Assembly: GCA_020184695.1 (NCBI GenBank)
Contig: JAANOX010000198.1
Coordinates: 90,815 to 154,814, forward strand
Reading direction: 5' to 3'
DNA from: Histomonas meleagridis 2922-C6/04-290x
Taxonomy: Eukaryota > Protista > Parabasalia
Length of the DNA: 64,000 nt
This document shows, piece by piece, positions 63,801 through 64,000 of the stretch (positions within the stretch are counted from its first letter, which is position 1; each line of letters starts with the position of its first letter). The position numbers and the translations under genes are program-made. The notes under the pieces were generated by a model. The model did no database searches. It was not told where the DNA came from and worked only from the letters and a program-made list of their open reading frames with translations.

Positions 63801-64000
63801 AGTAGCACCACCACCTATAACATCATTTGTAACAAATAATAATAACACAAATAATAACACGAATAAACCATTAACAGTAGCACCACCACCTATAACATCA
63901 TTTGTAACAAATAATAATAACACAAATAAACCATTAACAGTAGCACCACCACCTATAACATCATTTTGTAAAATAATAATAATAACACAAATAATAACAC
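57870..64000 (+). repeat. >6 kb tandem repeat (60-75-bp units) encoding NKPLTVAPPPITSFV(T)NNN(N)TNNNT; extends past the window
   Basis: Constant core AATAAACCATTAACAGTAGCACCACCACCTATAACATCATTTGTA with a variable AAT/ACA tail. First unit lengths are 72, 75, 63, 63 and 75. The plus-strand frame breaks at occasional extra A's. Confidence 0.95.

Noticed and set aside
57887-63923. Long hydrophobic minus-strand ORFs (VIGGGATVNGLFVLL)n as membrane proteins
   Set aside because: These are antisense shadows of the periodic repeat, begin at arbitrary non-ATG codons and have no unique flanking domain.
57870-64000. CRISPR-like repeat-spacer array
   Set aside because: The 'spacers' are near-identical low-complexity AAT/ACA tracts rather than unique sequences. 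The context is eukaryotic and there are no cas genes.

Overview
This is very AT-rich eukaryotic DNA with compact, apparently intronless genes. BspA-like LRR surface proteins, DUF3447+ankyrin genes, mariner elements and TCAYT initiators point to a parabasalid (Tritrichomonas/Histomonas/Trichomonas-like). That assignment is inferred from gene content. Housekeeping genes include NAA30, a DM10/EF-hand protein, ECD/SGT1, a PNGase-like protein, a GT61, BUB1-like, a GRAB golgin, an isoaspartyl peptidase, COG3 and an ATP9/Neo1 flippase. They are interleaved with accessory material: several DUF3447-ankyrin loci, BspA genes and relics, two mariners, a probable Maverick relic, and a >6 kb coding-like tandem repeat running off the right end. 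The standout observation concerns the ankyrin arrays at 16.6-17.7, 25.5-29.5, 44.0-44.4 and 51.0-52.0 kb. Nearly every repeat is split at the same point (after ..INAKD, before TAL..) by a non-coding spacer that usually contains stops and lacks GT..AG ends. Spacer length is quantised in 20-nt steps (~60/80/100/120 nt). The flanking modules stay stop-free and vary mainly at binding-surface positions. This suggests an undescribed processing mechanism (non-canonical splicing, ribosomal bypass or DNA cassette assembly). All counts were made by eye. Several genes carry homopolymer frameshifts, so +/-1 nt deviations may be assembly errors.
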